Virus record (IMG/VR): IMGVR_UViG_3300037424_002358
Span: 47,963 to 111,962 of that record
Source of the DNA: a virus
Length of the DNA: 64,000 nucleotides
Direction: 5' to 3' (one strand)
Below are positions 9,017 through 18,300 of the stretch, piece by piece. Position 1 is the stretch's first letter. Each line of letters starts with the position of its first letter. Under the pieces are notes generated by a model. That model did not search any database and was not told the origin of the DNA. It was given only the letters and a program-made list of their open reading frames with translations. Position numbers and translations under genes: made by a program.

Positions 9017-9748
9017 TCACCTCGGGCAAGCCAGGCAGTGCGGGTGCCACGCCCGGCCACCGGGCTGCGCCAGCCGGGCCTGGATCGCGGCGTGGACGCC
9101 GTTCCAATGCTCGGCCAGAGGAACCTCGGGGAAGGTCCCGAGGTTGAAAATCCCGATCATGTCGTCGCAGCAGAGGAGGTACTGCCGCCGGTGGTTGATG
9201 ATGAGCCGCATTGCCGGCTCGATGCACGGGTGGCCCGCGTGGGCCTTCGCCAGGGCGACGACGTCGAACTTGGGCGAGAAGTGGGTCGGGATGTGCTCCG
9301 ACATGGTGATGATCTGCGCCTCGGTATGGTGGAAGAGGGTGCGCATCCAGGCCGCCCGTTCGCTCTTCATCGGCTCGTCCATGTAGAGCGTGATGATAAT
9401 CCGGTCGAGGACCGGATCGAGCGCCGCCGCCAGTTCGGGCGTCAGGTAGTCACCGTTCGTGTTGAAACCGACGCGTTTGAACTTCCCGTGGCGCCGGACC
9501 TCGGCCGCGATCTCGACGATCCGCTCGTCCATGAGCGGCTCGTTGTAGTGTGACAGCCACACGCCGCCCGAGAAGCCCATGCGGACGGCCTGGTCGAGTG
9601 CCTCGCCGATCACGTCCACCTCGAGGTAGTGCGGCTCGAACCACGAGGCCACGGCCTCGCGGTCAGGGATCGAGTTGCGCAGGCAGGTCGGGCAGCGGCG
9701 GTTGCACGACGAGACAGTTTCTAGGTCAAGAAATTGGAACAGGCTCAC
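9017..9748 (-). CDS. Radical SAM protein with SPASM/twitch domain
   Basis: CNRRCPTC; NEPL; NTNG; C-terminal C...CC..D...LG...CxxC. Confidence 0.85.
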   Translation of the reverse strand: MSLFQFLDLETVSSCNRRCPTCLRNSIPDREAVASWFEPHYLEVDVIGEALDQAVRMGFSGGVWLSHYNEPLMDERIVEIAAEVRRHGKFKRVGFNTNGDYLTPELAAALDPVLDRIIITLYMDEPMKSERAAWMRTLFHHTEAQIITMSEHIPTHFSPKFDVVALAKAHAGHPCIEPAMRLIINHRRQYLLCCDDMIGIFNLGTFPEVPLAEHWNGVHAAIQARLAQPGGRAWHPHCLACPR

Positions 9749-9956
9749 CGCTCAGCCCGCTTGGCCCGCTTCCGCCGCAGGTAATTGAGCCGGCGGCGGC
9801 AGATGCTCCGCCGGTGGTCGCATTCGCCCGTCACGTAGCATTTGCACTTCGGGCACCAGCGCCAGATCGCGCCGTTCACGTGTTCGCCCCTCCGGGGGTA
9901 GCGGTGGATGTGGCCCCAGGGAGCAGCCTCGGAGGCGATCCGATAGGAGGTCACGT

Positions 9957-11387
9957 CTAGTTGCCTGGGCCGATCCACCCGGAGGGGACAGCGCCGGGAC
10001 TGGTCTCCAAGCACACCTGCCCGGCGCAGAAGTAGACATCCCGTTCCGGCTGTGCGGCCGGCGTGAACTGATTGATCTTGTCGTCGATGAGGATGTCCCC
10101 GTAGACCCCCACGAACATGCCGACCATCTTGATGGGGTGGCAATCCAGGCCCGGCTCAGTACAGTCCGCGTTCCGTTGGCCGAAGCGCGTGGTGAAGCCA
10201 TCAGCCGTGATACGTCCGGGTCGCGGGTCGGTATCGAAGCCGGCTAGGTTGTCCCATGCGCTCGGAATGGTCCCGGCTACCTCGTGGACGTTGGCCGTGC
10301 TGTTGTTGTATCGACACTGCGTCGGGTTGTAGTCCACCCCGCCGTTGTACGAGCAGACAAATGGCCAGGTGAACGGATGGACGAGGTCCCGGCTGTCCAG
10401 CACTTGGTATCCGTCCCGCACCCGGAACAGCAGGCGGAAGATGGACGAGGTCTGCGGTCTGGCCCCTGAGCCGGTCCGCTTCCCCGTTACCGTGCTGTTG
10501 ACGTTGGCGTTGTGCGACAGGATGAACGGGATATCAGGACGGCAGCCTGGAATGCCGGTGTAGGCGCAGTCCGCCGACCAGTAAGGTCCCCTCGGCGTGT
10601 CATACGAGGGCAGGAAGGTGTTGGGATAGGGCAGCAACGTGCCTTGGTAGGGTGATACTCGTTGGCCGTACTCCTGCAATTGGTTCGTGAACAGGTAGCC
10701 GCAGTCGCTTGGGCTGGCCGGGTTACACACCTTCAGGAGCGCCACGCTGGAATGGATCGACCCCTCGAGTTCCATCCGGGCGTCTCCGAAGTCATGGAAC
10801 TGGATGGCCGCCGCCTCCACGCAGTAGGTCGCTCCCTCGAAGCCCGCCTGGCACGGTCCGGGGACATCCAGCACCACGTCCCACTTGAAGCCGCCGTGCT
10901 TCATCGTGTTCTCGATGGGACTGGACGGGTTCGTATGTCCTACGCCCACGCCGCCGATGAGCGCCCGCAGGTCGAAGCCGGGGAAGGCCGCAAGCCTGTC
11001 CGCTGTGAACGGGTTGTCGCCGTGCTCATGGTCGTAGTGGCAGCCGCGCACTCCGTCCCAAAGCGTGTGGAAGATGCTCGTGTCGTGGACGCCGTTCGAG
11101 TCCGGGCATAGCGGCGCTCCGGGGTACGCTACCACGCCCCCCGGGGGCACCGTTGGGACGCCCGCCGTTGGCGATGCGGTCAGCGTGGCGGTCGCCGTCG
11201 CCGATACCGCTACGGTCGGCGTAGGGGTTCGTGTGGTCGTCGGTGTAAGCGTAGTCGTCGTTGGCGTGCGCGTCGTCTTCCCTTTGAGCGTCGCTGTCGG
11301 CGTTGGCTTTACTTCGTCTTTGCTGGCCATCAGCGACAGAACAACCACCACCCCTAACAACGCACCTATCAGCGTCAGTTTTCTCAT
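9957..11387 (-). CDS. Secreted/surface protein with Pro/Thr-rich linker and Cys/His-rich domain
   Basis: Signal-like MRKLTLIGALLGVVVVLSL, PT/TA-rich linker, GCHYDHEHG. Confidence 0.7.
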   Translation of the reverse strand: MRKLTLIGALLGVVVVLSLMASKDEVKPTPTATLKGKTTRTPTTTTLTPTTTRTPTPTVAVSATATATLTASPTAGVPTVPPGGVVAYPGAPLCPDSNGVHDTSIFHTLWDGVRGCHYDHEHGDNPFTADRLAAFPGFDLRALIGGVGVGHTNPSSPIENTMKHGGFKWDVVLDVPGPCQAGFEGATYCVEAAAIQFHDFGDARMELEGSIHSSVALLKVCNPASPSDCGYLFTNQLQEYGQRVSPYQGTLLPYPNTFLPSYDTPRGPYWSADCAYTGIPGCRPDIPFILSHNANVNSTVTGKRTGSGARPQTSSIFRLLFRVRDGYQVLDSRDLVHPFTWPFVCSYNGGVDYNPTQCRYNNSTANVHEVAGTIPSAWDNLAGFDTDPRPGRITADGFTTRFGQRNADCTEPGLDCHPIKMVGMFVGVYGDILIDDKINQFTPAAQPERDVYFCAGQVCLETSPGAVPSGWIGPGN

Positions 11388-11412
11388 CACATCACCTCGA
11401 TTGGCCCCTGCG

Positions 11413-12723
11413 TCACGGCAGGATGCCCTCGGCTCGCAGGAGCGCGTCCGTTTCCTTCCAGAAGGCGTCAATCTCCTCCCGGCTGAGGCCGGACGTGCTG
11501 ACGAAGGCGCCATGCGGCAGCCCCGGATCACCCCGGAAGAAGAACTCCTCGGGCACTTCCTGCTCCAACTTGATGTCGTAGTCCTCCATGTGCGTCACGA
11601 GTGGCGTGCCAGGGAATGGGATCAGGCGGTCGAAGCCGGCCCGCTCAGGTCGATGTTTGAGAATCCAGTCGCGGGTGCGCTCCATGCTCTCGCGCGTCTC
11701 GCCCGGCAGGCCGAGGATGAAGGACATCTTGAGCGTGATCCCGAGTTCCTTGCACCAGCGCAGCACGTCCTCGTCCTGCTCGATGGTCGTGCCCTTGTGG
11801 ATGTTTGCCTTGATCCGGTTGTCGGCGCTCTCGACGCCGACGAAGCACTCGATCAGCCCGCCTTCGCGCAAACGCTCCATGTACTCCCGCCCGCCGTACT
11901 TGGCGATGATGTCGGAGCGCAGGAAGCAGCGGTAGACTAGGCCCCCATACTTCCGGTGCAGGTCCAGCAGCGCCAGCGTCCGCGGTCGGTTCAGCGGCAT
12001 GATGTCGTCGTAGTAGGCTAACCCGGTGAAGCCCATCTCGACGATCTCGCGTATCTGCTGTTCGACGGAGTCGACGGACTCATAGCGCACGCGGTCGCCC
12101 CAGATGACGCCGTGCCGGCCACTCTCACAGAACGCGCAGGCCATGGGGCATCCGCGAGTCGTGAAGAGCGAGGCCATCCGGTGCTTGAAGCCGACACGGT
12201 CAGCCATGTACGAGTGATAAGCGAGGTTCCAGCGGCGGATGGGGGGTAGCACCCAGTCCAGATCGCGGCGGAGCATCGGCATGAACAGTCGATCGCCGGA
12301 CGCCTGTGCCAGTTCGAGGGTCCTGGCGACCGTGTCCGGGTGGTCGCCCTCGCCAGCGACAACCAGGTCGAAGGGGCGCCCGGAGCCGTCCGCTCCTACG
12401 GCCAGCGCAGCCGAGGGGTTCGCCCAGGGGGCGGCACCACCGAACACGGTCCGAGACTTGGTCCACCCGTCCATTGCTCGGGCGATCCGCCGCACCTCGA
12501 ACATCTGCGGCGAGGTGGCCGACAGCCACACCTGGTGGAAATCCCCGTCTTCCATCGGCAGCCGGTGGCCATCCCACTTCGGACTGGTCAGCGACATGTC
12601 GAAGAACTCGACCTCGTGCCCCTGCGCCTCGAGTTGGGCGGCGATATACCACAGCCCCAGCGGGGGCCAGACCATGGGGTCGGTGAGGAACGTGGACGGG
12701 GGGAACAGGAGGGCGACGCGCAT
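11413..12723 (-). CDS. B12-binding-domain radical SAM protein (class B-like)
   Basis: PPLGL..IAA.L N-terminal B12-binding domain; TTRGCPMACAFC; GVES; FILGLPGET. Confidence 0.9.
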   Translation of the reverse strand: MRVALLFPPSTFLTDPMVWPPLGLWYIAAQLEAQGHEVEFFDMSLTSPKWDGHRLPMEDGDFHQVWLSATSPQMFEVRRIARAMDGWTKSRTVFGGAAPWANPSAALAVGADGSGRPFDLVVAGEGDHPDTVARTLELAQASGDRLFMPMLRRDLDWVLPPIRRWNLAYHSYMADRVGFKHRMASLFTTRGCPMACAFCESGRHGVIWGDRVRYESVDSVEQQIREIVEMGFTGLAYYDDIMPLNRPRTLALLDLHRKYGGLVYRCFLRSDIIAKYGGREYMERLREGGLIECFVGVESADNRIKANIHKGTTIEQDEDVLRWCKELGITLKMSFILGLPGETRESMERTRDWILKHRPERAGFDRLIPFPGTPLVTHMEDYDIKLEQEVPEEFFFRGDPGLPHGAFVSTSGLSREEIDAFWKETDALLRAEGILP

Positions 12724-12733
12724 TAGTGCGAAG

Positions 12734-12742
12734 AGTCTAGCA
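12734..12742 (-). promoter_or_regulatory. Extended -10 element (TGcTAGACT)
   Basis: 10 nt upstream of ATG 12723; a second TGgTAGACT lies at 12944-12952. Confidence 0.45.
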
Positions 12743-12959
12743 GAAATTCCGTTGCGCGGAGGCATCTTACGCGCCCGGAATGACCACGGGCCCGTGTGCA
12801 ATCACAGGCCCGTGCGCGTTCTCGCCCCGTTTGCCTTCCCGCTAGGGCTTGGTCGAATTCAACGACCACCGTGTAGGACGCCGCTTTCGCCAGCGCGTCG
12901 CCCGTGGGGCCGGGGCAGCCGCGAGGAGGCTCCTCAGCCAGCGAGTCTACCACAAAGGC

Positions 12960-12993
12960 GCAGGCCCCGACGCGTGGGGAGGTCGGGGCCTGC
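12960..12993. terminator. Hairpin, probable terminator
   Basis: GCAGGCCCCGAC...GTCGGGGCCTGC 12-bp stem downstream of 13028..13351. Confidence 0.55.
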
Positions 12994-13027
12994 TATGCGT
13001 TCACTCCGCCGGGGGCGGGTGGTGAGC

Positions 13028-13351
13028 CTATTGTACTGAGTCCTGGGCCACCTGCAAGCGCTTCGCTAGGTCCATGACCACCTGGGCGTCAGCCCGGTTC
13101 AGCAGTTGCATGCTTAAGAAGCACGGCATGCCGTTGATGCCCCGCGGCCCCGACTTGTCGACGTACTCGAAGATCAGCCCGAGGTCCGACCCTTGCAGTT
13201 CCGCGATCTGCGATGGCTTCATGAGCGCGAGCGGCATGAAGGCCAGCCGGAGATCGTCGGCCCGGCAATGATGGTCGGTGAACAACTTTCCGGCGAGCCA
13301 GTCAAGCGCCAGTTGCCGCAGTTCCTCCCGCGTTCGTGACGAGATCGACAT
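13028..13351 (-). CDS. Conserved hypothetical phage protein
   Basis: MSISSRTREEL...EY..K.GPR.ING.P.F.S. Confidence 0.6.
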   Translation of the reverse strand: MSISSRTREELRQLALDWLAGKLFTDHHCRADDLRLAFMPLALMKPSQIAELQGSDLGLIFEYVDKSGPRGINGMPCFLSMQLLNRADAQVVMDLAKRLQVAQDSVQ

Positions 13352-14018
13352 CGGAGCCTTCGCTGGTCGCGGCTTCCCCGACCTGGGGCGCCCCCGCGCT
13401 TTCGCTGGACGGCGGTTCTTCGGCAACGGGTACCTCCTTGCCTTCGTACTTCGGGCGCCATGCTTTGTCGGGCCGATCATAGTGCATCGGCATGATGAGG
13501 ACGTAGGGACCGCCGTCAACGCCAGAGCAAAGTTCAATCGGTGCCCATCCCTCTTCCTGCTCGGCTTCGCCGATGGCCCGCTTCCCATAGAAGCGGAGAA
13601 GCACGGCGCTATGTCCCGTCCTCCAACCTTTCGGTGCCATCTCAATGAACGCGTTGAGCGCGTCCCGCAGGAAGACGGGGTTGAGCGCGATGATGGCCGA
13701 CGGTTCGTCGTGGGGGAGGATGGAAGAGAAGTCCGGGAACTTCTTGATGTGCTCCTCCTCCTCGAGGATCAGCGGCCCCTTGCTCGTCGGTGGGATGAAG
13801 ATCGGCCTGACGTAGCGCGCGTCCGGCCACCCGTCGGGTGCCTCGACCGCCTGTAGGCGGACGCCGTCGCAGGCCACCAGCGCGTCGCCATGGCGGGCGA
13901 TGACACCTAAGTCGTGCCGGTCCGGCGCGGTGCCCTTCGCCAGCCAGCGCGCGATCTTCAGGACCTCGGCTGGCGGGTGCCAAATGGTAAAGCGGCGGGG
14001 GAACGTGTCATCTTCCAT
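13302..14018 (-). CDS. Short DNA sliding-clamp (DnaN-like) domain protein
   Basis: LVACDGVRL, KFPDFSSILP, IALNPVFLRDAL, VLIMPM resemble beta-clamp motifs. Confidence 0.6.
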   Translation of the reverse strand: MEDDTFPRRFTIWHPPAEVLKIARWLAKGTAPDRHDLGVIARHGDALVACDGVRLQAVEAPDGWPDARYVRPIFIPPTSKGPLILEEEEHIKKFPDFSSILPHDEPSAIIALNPVFLRDALNAFIEMAPKGWRTGHSAVLLRFYGKRAIGEAEQEEGWAPIELCSGVDGGPYVLIMPMHYDRPDKAWRPKYEGKEVPVAEEPPSSESAGAPQVGEAATSEGSDVDLVTNAGGTAATGA

Positions 14019-14040
14019 TGATCTGCCTCCGAATGAAGAT

Positions 14041-14244
14041 TCAGGCTGGCTTCGATGGCTCGGACTCCAAAGTGTAGAAGCGGTAATCCTCCCGTCGCGG
14101 CAGGTCAGCATGGGCGAGGAAGAAGTCGCTCACCCGTTCGACGATCTCGGAGTGCGACGGCAGTCGTTCCTCCCGGAACGAGAACGAGGCTATAGGTTCC
14201 CCGTCCTCACGGCAAAGCGTCAGAAGATAATCGCGAGCGGTCAC
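14041..14244 (-). CDS. Hypothetical protein
   Basis: GTG start with AAGGAGG upstream. Confidence 0.55.
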   Translation of the reverse strand: MTARDYLLTLCREDGEPIASFSFREERLPSHSEIVERVSDFFLAHADLPRREDYRFYTLESEPSKPA

Positions 14245-14270
14245 GGTGACCTCCTTCGCCCGGACGGAAG

Positions 14271-14302
14271 CAGGCCGACGGCTTTGCGGCTCCGTCGGCC
14301 TG
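14271..14302. terminator. Hairpin
   Basis: CAGGCCGACGG...CCGTCGGCCTG 11-bp stem. Confidence 0.45.
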
Positions 14303-14321
14303 TTGGCTCCGATTGGAAATG

Positions 14322-14492
14322 CTATTCGCTAGGTTCCTCGCTCACCCGCGGCCGAATGACGGCGACCACGTCGCCCTCGTCCGTCGGGATCGGCGGCAAG
14401 ACGGGGATTTCACGTTCATACGAGCGGTCAGCGCCCTCGGCCTCTACGACCGCCTGACGCAAGCGCTCCCGAGTTTCATCGGTTACGGGCAT
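14322..14492 (-). CDS. Small hypothetical protein (56 aa), first gene after an operator-bearing promoter
   Basis: Hand-translated MPVTDETRERL...; GGGAGG RBS. Confidence 0.55.
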   Translation of the reverse strand: MPVTDETRERLRQAVVEAEGADRSYEREIPVLPPIPTDEGDVVAVIRPRVSEEPSE

Positions 14493-14527
14493 GCGGACCT
14501 CCCTGTCGCCCGCGGGCGAGCAGGACC

Positions 14528-14556
14528 AGTATATACCGCCTGCGGTACCATGTCAA
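14528..14556 (-). promoter_or_regulatory. sigma70-like promoter with operator TACCGCAGGCGGTA
   Basis: TTGACA-17-TATACT on - strand; operator at 14534-14547. Confidence 0.85.
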
Positions 14557-15380
14557 GGGGTCACGACGGTCATTTTCGCCCGGAAATCTCTGCGGGTCGT
14601 GAGCAGGCCAGCCTGGGCTAGTTCTTCCGCCAGCCCCGCCAGAGCGGCCCGGTGCTGGCCCTCGCCGAAGCCCCACTCGGCGACGGCGGCGACCCGGAGG
14701 AAGACGCCGGTATCGGAGCGGCCCCACGTCCAGCCGCTCACGCCGAGGTCCTGCGCGGCAGCCTCAATGGCGGAGCGCAGGTCGGGCGTCAGCGGCGTCC
14801 AGAACTCCAATTCGCTCACGGGTTCGCCCTCGCCCTCGCCAGCCGCCTCCATGATAAGGACGCTCTCCTGCCCGAACATCTCGGCGGTATCCCGCAGAAG
14901 TTCCAGCGCTTCGCCGTCCCCGCGATAGCCGACGACCCAGGTCGGCTCGTGGGTGACCTCGCCTGTGTCCTGGCGCGTGTAGCCGCCGACGCCCGGAGCC
15001 ACGGTCACATACGAGACCGTGGAAATCTCCCGTAGCCGTTCCCCGAAGACTCGCATCTCCTGAAAGACCTGCTTGGCGGGGATGCCTGGCTTAGCGGACG
15101 TGATCCCGACGGCCTTCGGCCCCGGCCCGCCTCCGGGCTGACTGCCCCCCACCTCGCCCGGACGCCCCTCGTGTCCGAAGTGCCCTGATCCAGGGCCACC
15201 ACGTTCTACGCCGAGAGGCTCCGGGACGATCTCGAACGGGCCGTCGTCCATCGTGATGAGATGCCCGCCCACCTCGACCGTTTCGCCCTCAGTCAGGCGG
15301 ACGAACTGCGCGCCGGTCACCTGCGTCCGGCTACCGCTGTAGCGCTCAGCACCTTCGTAGCGGTCCATGATGAAGCCCAT
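14553..15380 (-). CDS. Tag-bearing protein with SAM lyase (T3 SAMase-like) cargo domain
   Basis: Tag at aa 60-82, then ITSA...GGY...HEPTWVV...FGQESVLI, matching the SAM-lyase SA / GxY / E / (W/F)xQ(D/E)xVL pattern as recalled. Confidence 0.65.
   Translation of the reverse strand: MGFIMDRYEGAERYSGSRTQVTGAQFVRLTEGETVEVGGHLITMDDGPFEIVPEPLGVERGGPGSGHFGHEGRPGEVGGSQPGGGPGPKAVGITSAKPGIPAKQVFQEMRVFGERLREISTVSYVTVAPGVGGYTRQDTGEVTHEPTWVVGYRGDGEALELLRDTAEMFGQESVLIMEAAGEGEGEPVSELEFWTPLTPDLRSAIEAAAQDLGVSGWTWGRSDTGVFLRVAAVAEWGFGEGQHRAALAGLAEELAQAGLLTTRRDFRAKMTVVTP
15135..15203 (-). repeat. Tag repeat copy 11
   Basis: RGGPGSGHFGHEGRPGEVGGSQP. Confidence 0.95.
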
Positions 15381-18300
15381 CAGTTCACCTTCTCGCGGCC
15401 GTAGAAGCGCACGACCTCCGGGTGGTCAATGGAAAAGCGCGTCATGACCTCGTGACCATGATTGGTCTCGGCCCACGACCTGAGACTGCTGTCCGCCGTG
15501 ACTTGCGGTTGCCACTCGTCGTATACGCTCCGGTCCGCCGAGCCGTAGGCATCCGCGATCTTTCCGGTGTCCCATCCCGCGCGTCCGGCTGCATTCTCTG
15601 CCGGCTGGAAACGGTAGAGCCAGCGATTGCCAGCGTAGTCCGTCCCGACAGCCCTGATCTCGGCCAGATGATTCTTGCAGGCGAATATGATGTCCTCAGG
15701 CGAGAATGCTCTGCCCGATGGATGGGAATGCGTCAGCGTACTGCCCCTCATGGTCGCCTGCTCTTCGTCAGTCCAAAATATCCCGGCGCCCTTGGGGTCA
15801 TCCCAGCCCGTGCCGATCTTCTCAATGAGGACTTCGCCAGAGGCATCCACGGCGTAGGCTTTCTCCGCATCGTCGTGACCACGCGAGTATAGATCACTTT
15901 CGGCGGAGCGGATCGCTTCCTGCGCGGCCGATGATGGATCAAACTGGACTCCGACGTATTCCCGCTCCTGGTAGGTCTTGAGACCCTCGCCGATCAGCGA
16001 GCCGCCGGAACCGACGACTTCCCGCATGCCTCCGCCCCCTGGCACGCTTCCGCCCACCTGGCCGGGCCGCCCCTCATGTCCGAAATGGCCGGAGCCTGGC
16101 CCGCCGCGGATGATCCATTCCTCCGGGTAGTCGGATGGGTCGTCGACCGATATGATCTCCTCGACGGGGCCGTTGTACGGAACGCGCACGTAGTGAGTTC
16201 GGCGGGCAGCCTTGAACTCCACCTCGCCCTGCCGGCGCTCCACCCTGGCCCGGATCGTCTCCAACATCGCCGACCTGTCCCTGCGGTTGTTCTCGTTCAT
16301 CTCGGCCATCGGCAAGATGCCCGTCCCGAGGAGGTCGGACGCATGGCTGAACCGGAGGAAGTCGTCCCTGCCGTTGAGGTAGGACGAGATCAGGTCGGCC
16401 CGGTACTCGTCGTCCCGGCTCGACTCCTTGTACGGTGATATGGCGGCCAGCGACACGAGGTAGCGATACTCCCCCTTGGCGAGGCTGTCCGTGAACACGT
16501 CGTCGAGTTGCAGGGCGTAGTCGACTAGGTGCCCGACCTCGTGGCCGAGCGTGTCGTTGTACACGTCGGAGCCGATCGTGCGGGATGCCTCCAGCCATTC
16601 GTCGAAGCCGGGAAACTTCCCCGGCACGTGACCTCTGACCTTGTCGCCGAAGTCGGGGTTCAACCACAGCATGGCACGGTTGTCGGCCCTGTTGTAGGCT
16701 GCCAGCCCCCACACATTCCCCCACACCTCCGCCACCGCGGCCCTGACCTCGTCGTATTTCTCCGGCGGCGTCGGTTTGAAGTCAATCAACTCTTCCCGCA
16801 GGAAGTCGTTGAGGGCGACGGGGTCGTCCGTCAGGCGAAGCCCGCGTAGCCGCAGGTTCAATTTTCTTTCGGCCCTCTCGACCATTCCCTGGACCGCAGC
16901 CGCCGTCTCGGGGTTGCCGAACACGTAGCGGTTGCCGCCGATCCTGCGCTCCTCCGGTGGGCCTCCGCCTCCGGGTGCGCTCCCGCCAACCTCACCAGGG
17001 CGCCCCGCGTGACCAAAGTGACCGGAGCCGGGGCCACCGCGCATGGTGATGCCGACAGCCTTCTCGAAGGCGCGCAGGCTGTCCCCCCCGATCAACTGGC
17101 CCGATGGCGTCATGAACTCGAACTCCGGCGAGATGTCGCCGGAGAGGACCATGTCGCGGATCGCCCGCCGCTGCGCCGCCGTCTGCGGGGGCCGGCCCTT
17201 GAAGGCCAGGATGACATTCACCGGCCCCTCCCGGGCGTCCTCGTCCACCGCGATGAAGCCCGAGTCGTACATCACCTGGATCACCGTATCCAGGAACACG
17301 TCCGGGAGATTGCGCGCCTCGCCCTCGGCATCCTCAAACGCCTCCTCCAGTCCCTCTATCGGCTCCTCATCGAGGCCCGCCTTGCGGATGGCATCGGCGA
17401 AGGCCGCGTCGTGGTTGCCGAAGCCAGTCTCGAAGACTCTGCCGTCGGGCGACACGAGCCATCCGTTCATGCTCCGGTGGCCGGGCACGAACGGACTCTC
17501 ATGCGGCGAGAAGGCGTCGGCGACTGCTCGGCGGAAGTTATATAGATAGCCCTCGTTCCATTCCTGCGTGATGCCAGCGCCCGCGCCCGGCGCACTTCCG
17601 CCGACCTCACCAGGGCGGCCCTCATGTCCGAAGTGGCCCGAGCCCGGGCCACCTCGCTCTAGGATCTCCAGCGGGATGAAAATACGGCGCGGCCGGAGGC
17701 GGCAGACGGCCCGGACGGACAGGCTCTCCTCCTCGAGTTGCTCACCCGGCCAGAGGATGTCCATGAAGTCGTCCTCGTACTTGTCCCACCATTCGTCGGC
17801 CCTGCTCGTTACCAACTCGTTGTAAGAGGTTTCCAGGTCCCCCCCCGTCCTGTGGCTCAATACCCACGTCGCGAACCACGTGACAAAGTCGTCGCCATAG
17901 ACGAATGCCGTGGGTCGGACAACTGAGGAAGTTGTGTAATCCCCCTCCTCTGGACCCTTGCCTCCGATCTCCTTCCCCTCGGTCCCAAATTCAATATCCC
18001 CATTAGGCCCAATCTCCGCGGCGTAGGCCATCCCGCCTTCCGATCCGGTCCATGCTATCTCGGCATCGCGCACCGCGTCCGGGTCAATGACCGCCACCAG
18101 CGCATCCTCGCGCAACTGTTCGAGCGGCGGCCAGATTGCGCTCCCCTGAGTCCAGTTCCAGTCGCCGCCCCGTGCAATGACACTCTGCGCCATGGCCGCG
18201 GTGATTGCGGCCATGGCGGGATCGTCGCTTACCCCGTCATGAGCCTCGGGCGAACCCGGTCTCATCTCATCGTCATAGGAGGGATAAGCGTTCGGTCCAG

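Noticed and set aside
12743-12952. Cobalamin riboswitch upstream of the B12 radical SAM gene
   Set aside because: Only a GGGAAGG fragment resembles the consensus; other conserved B12-box elements were not found.
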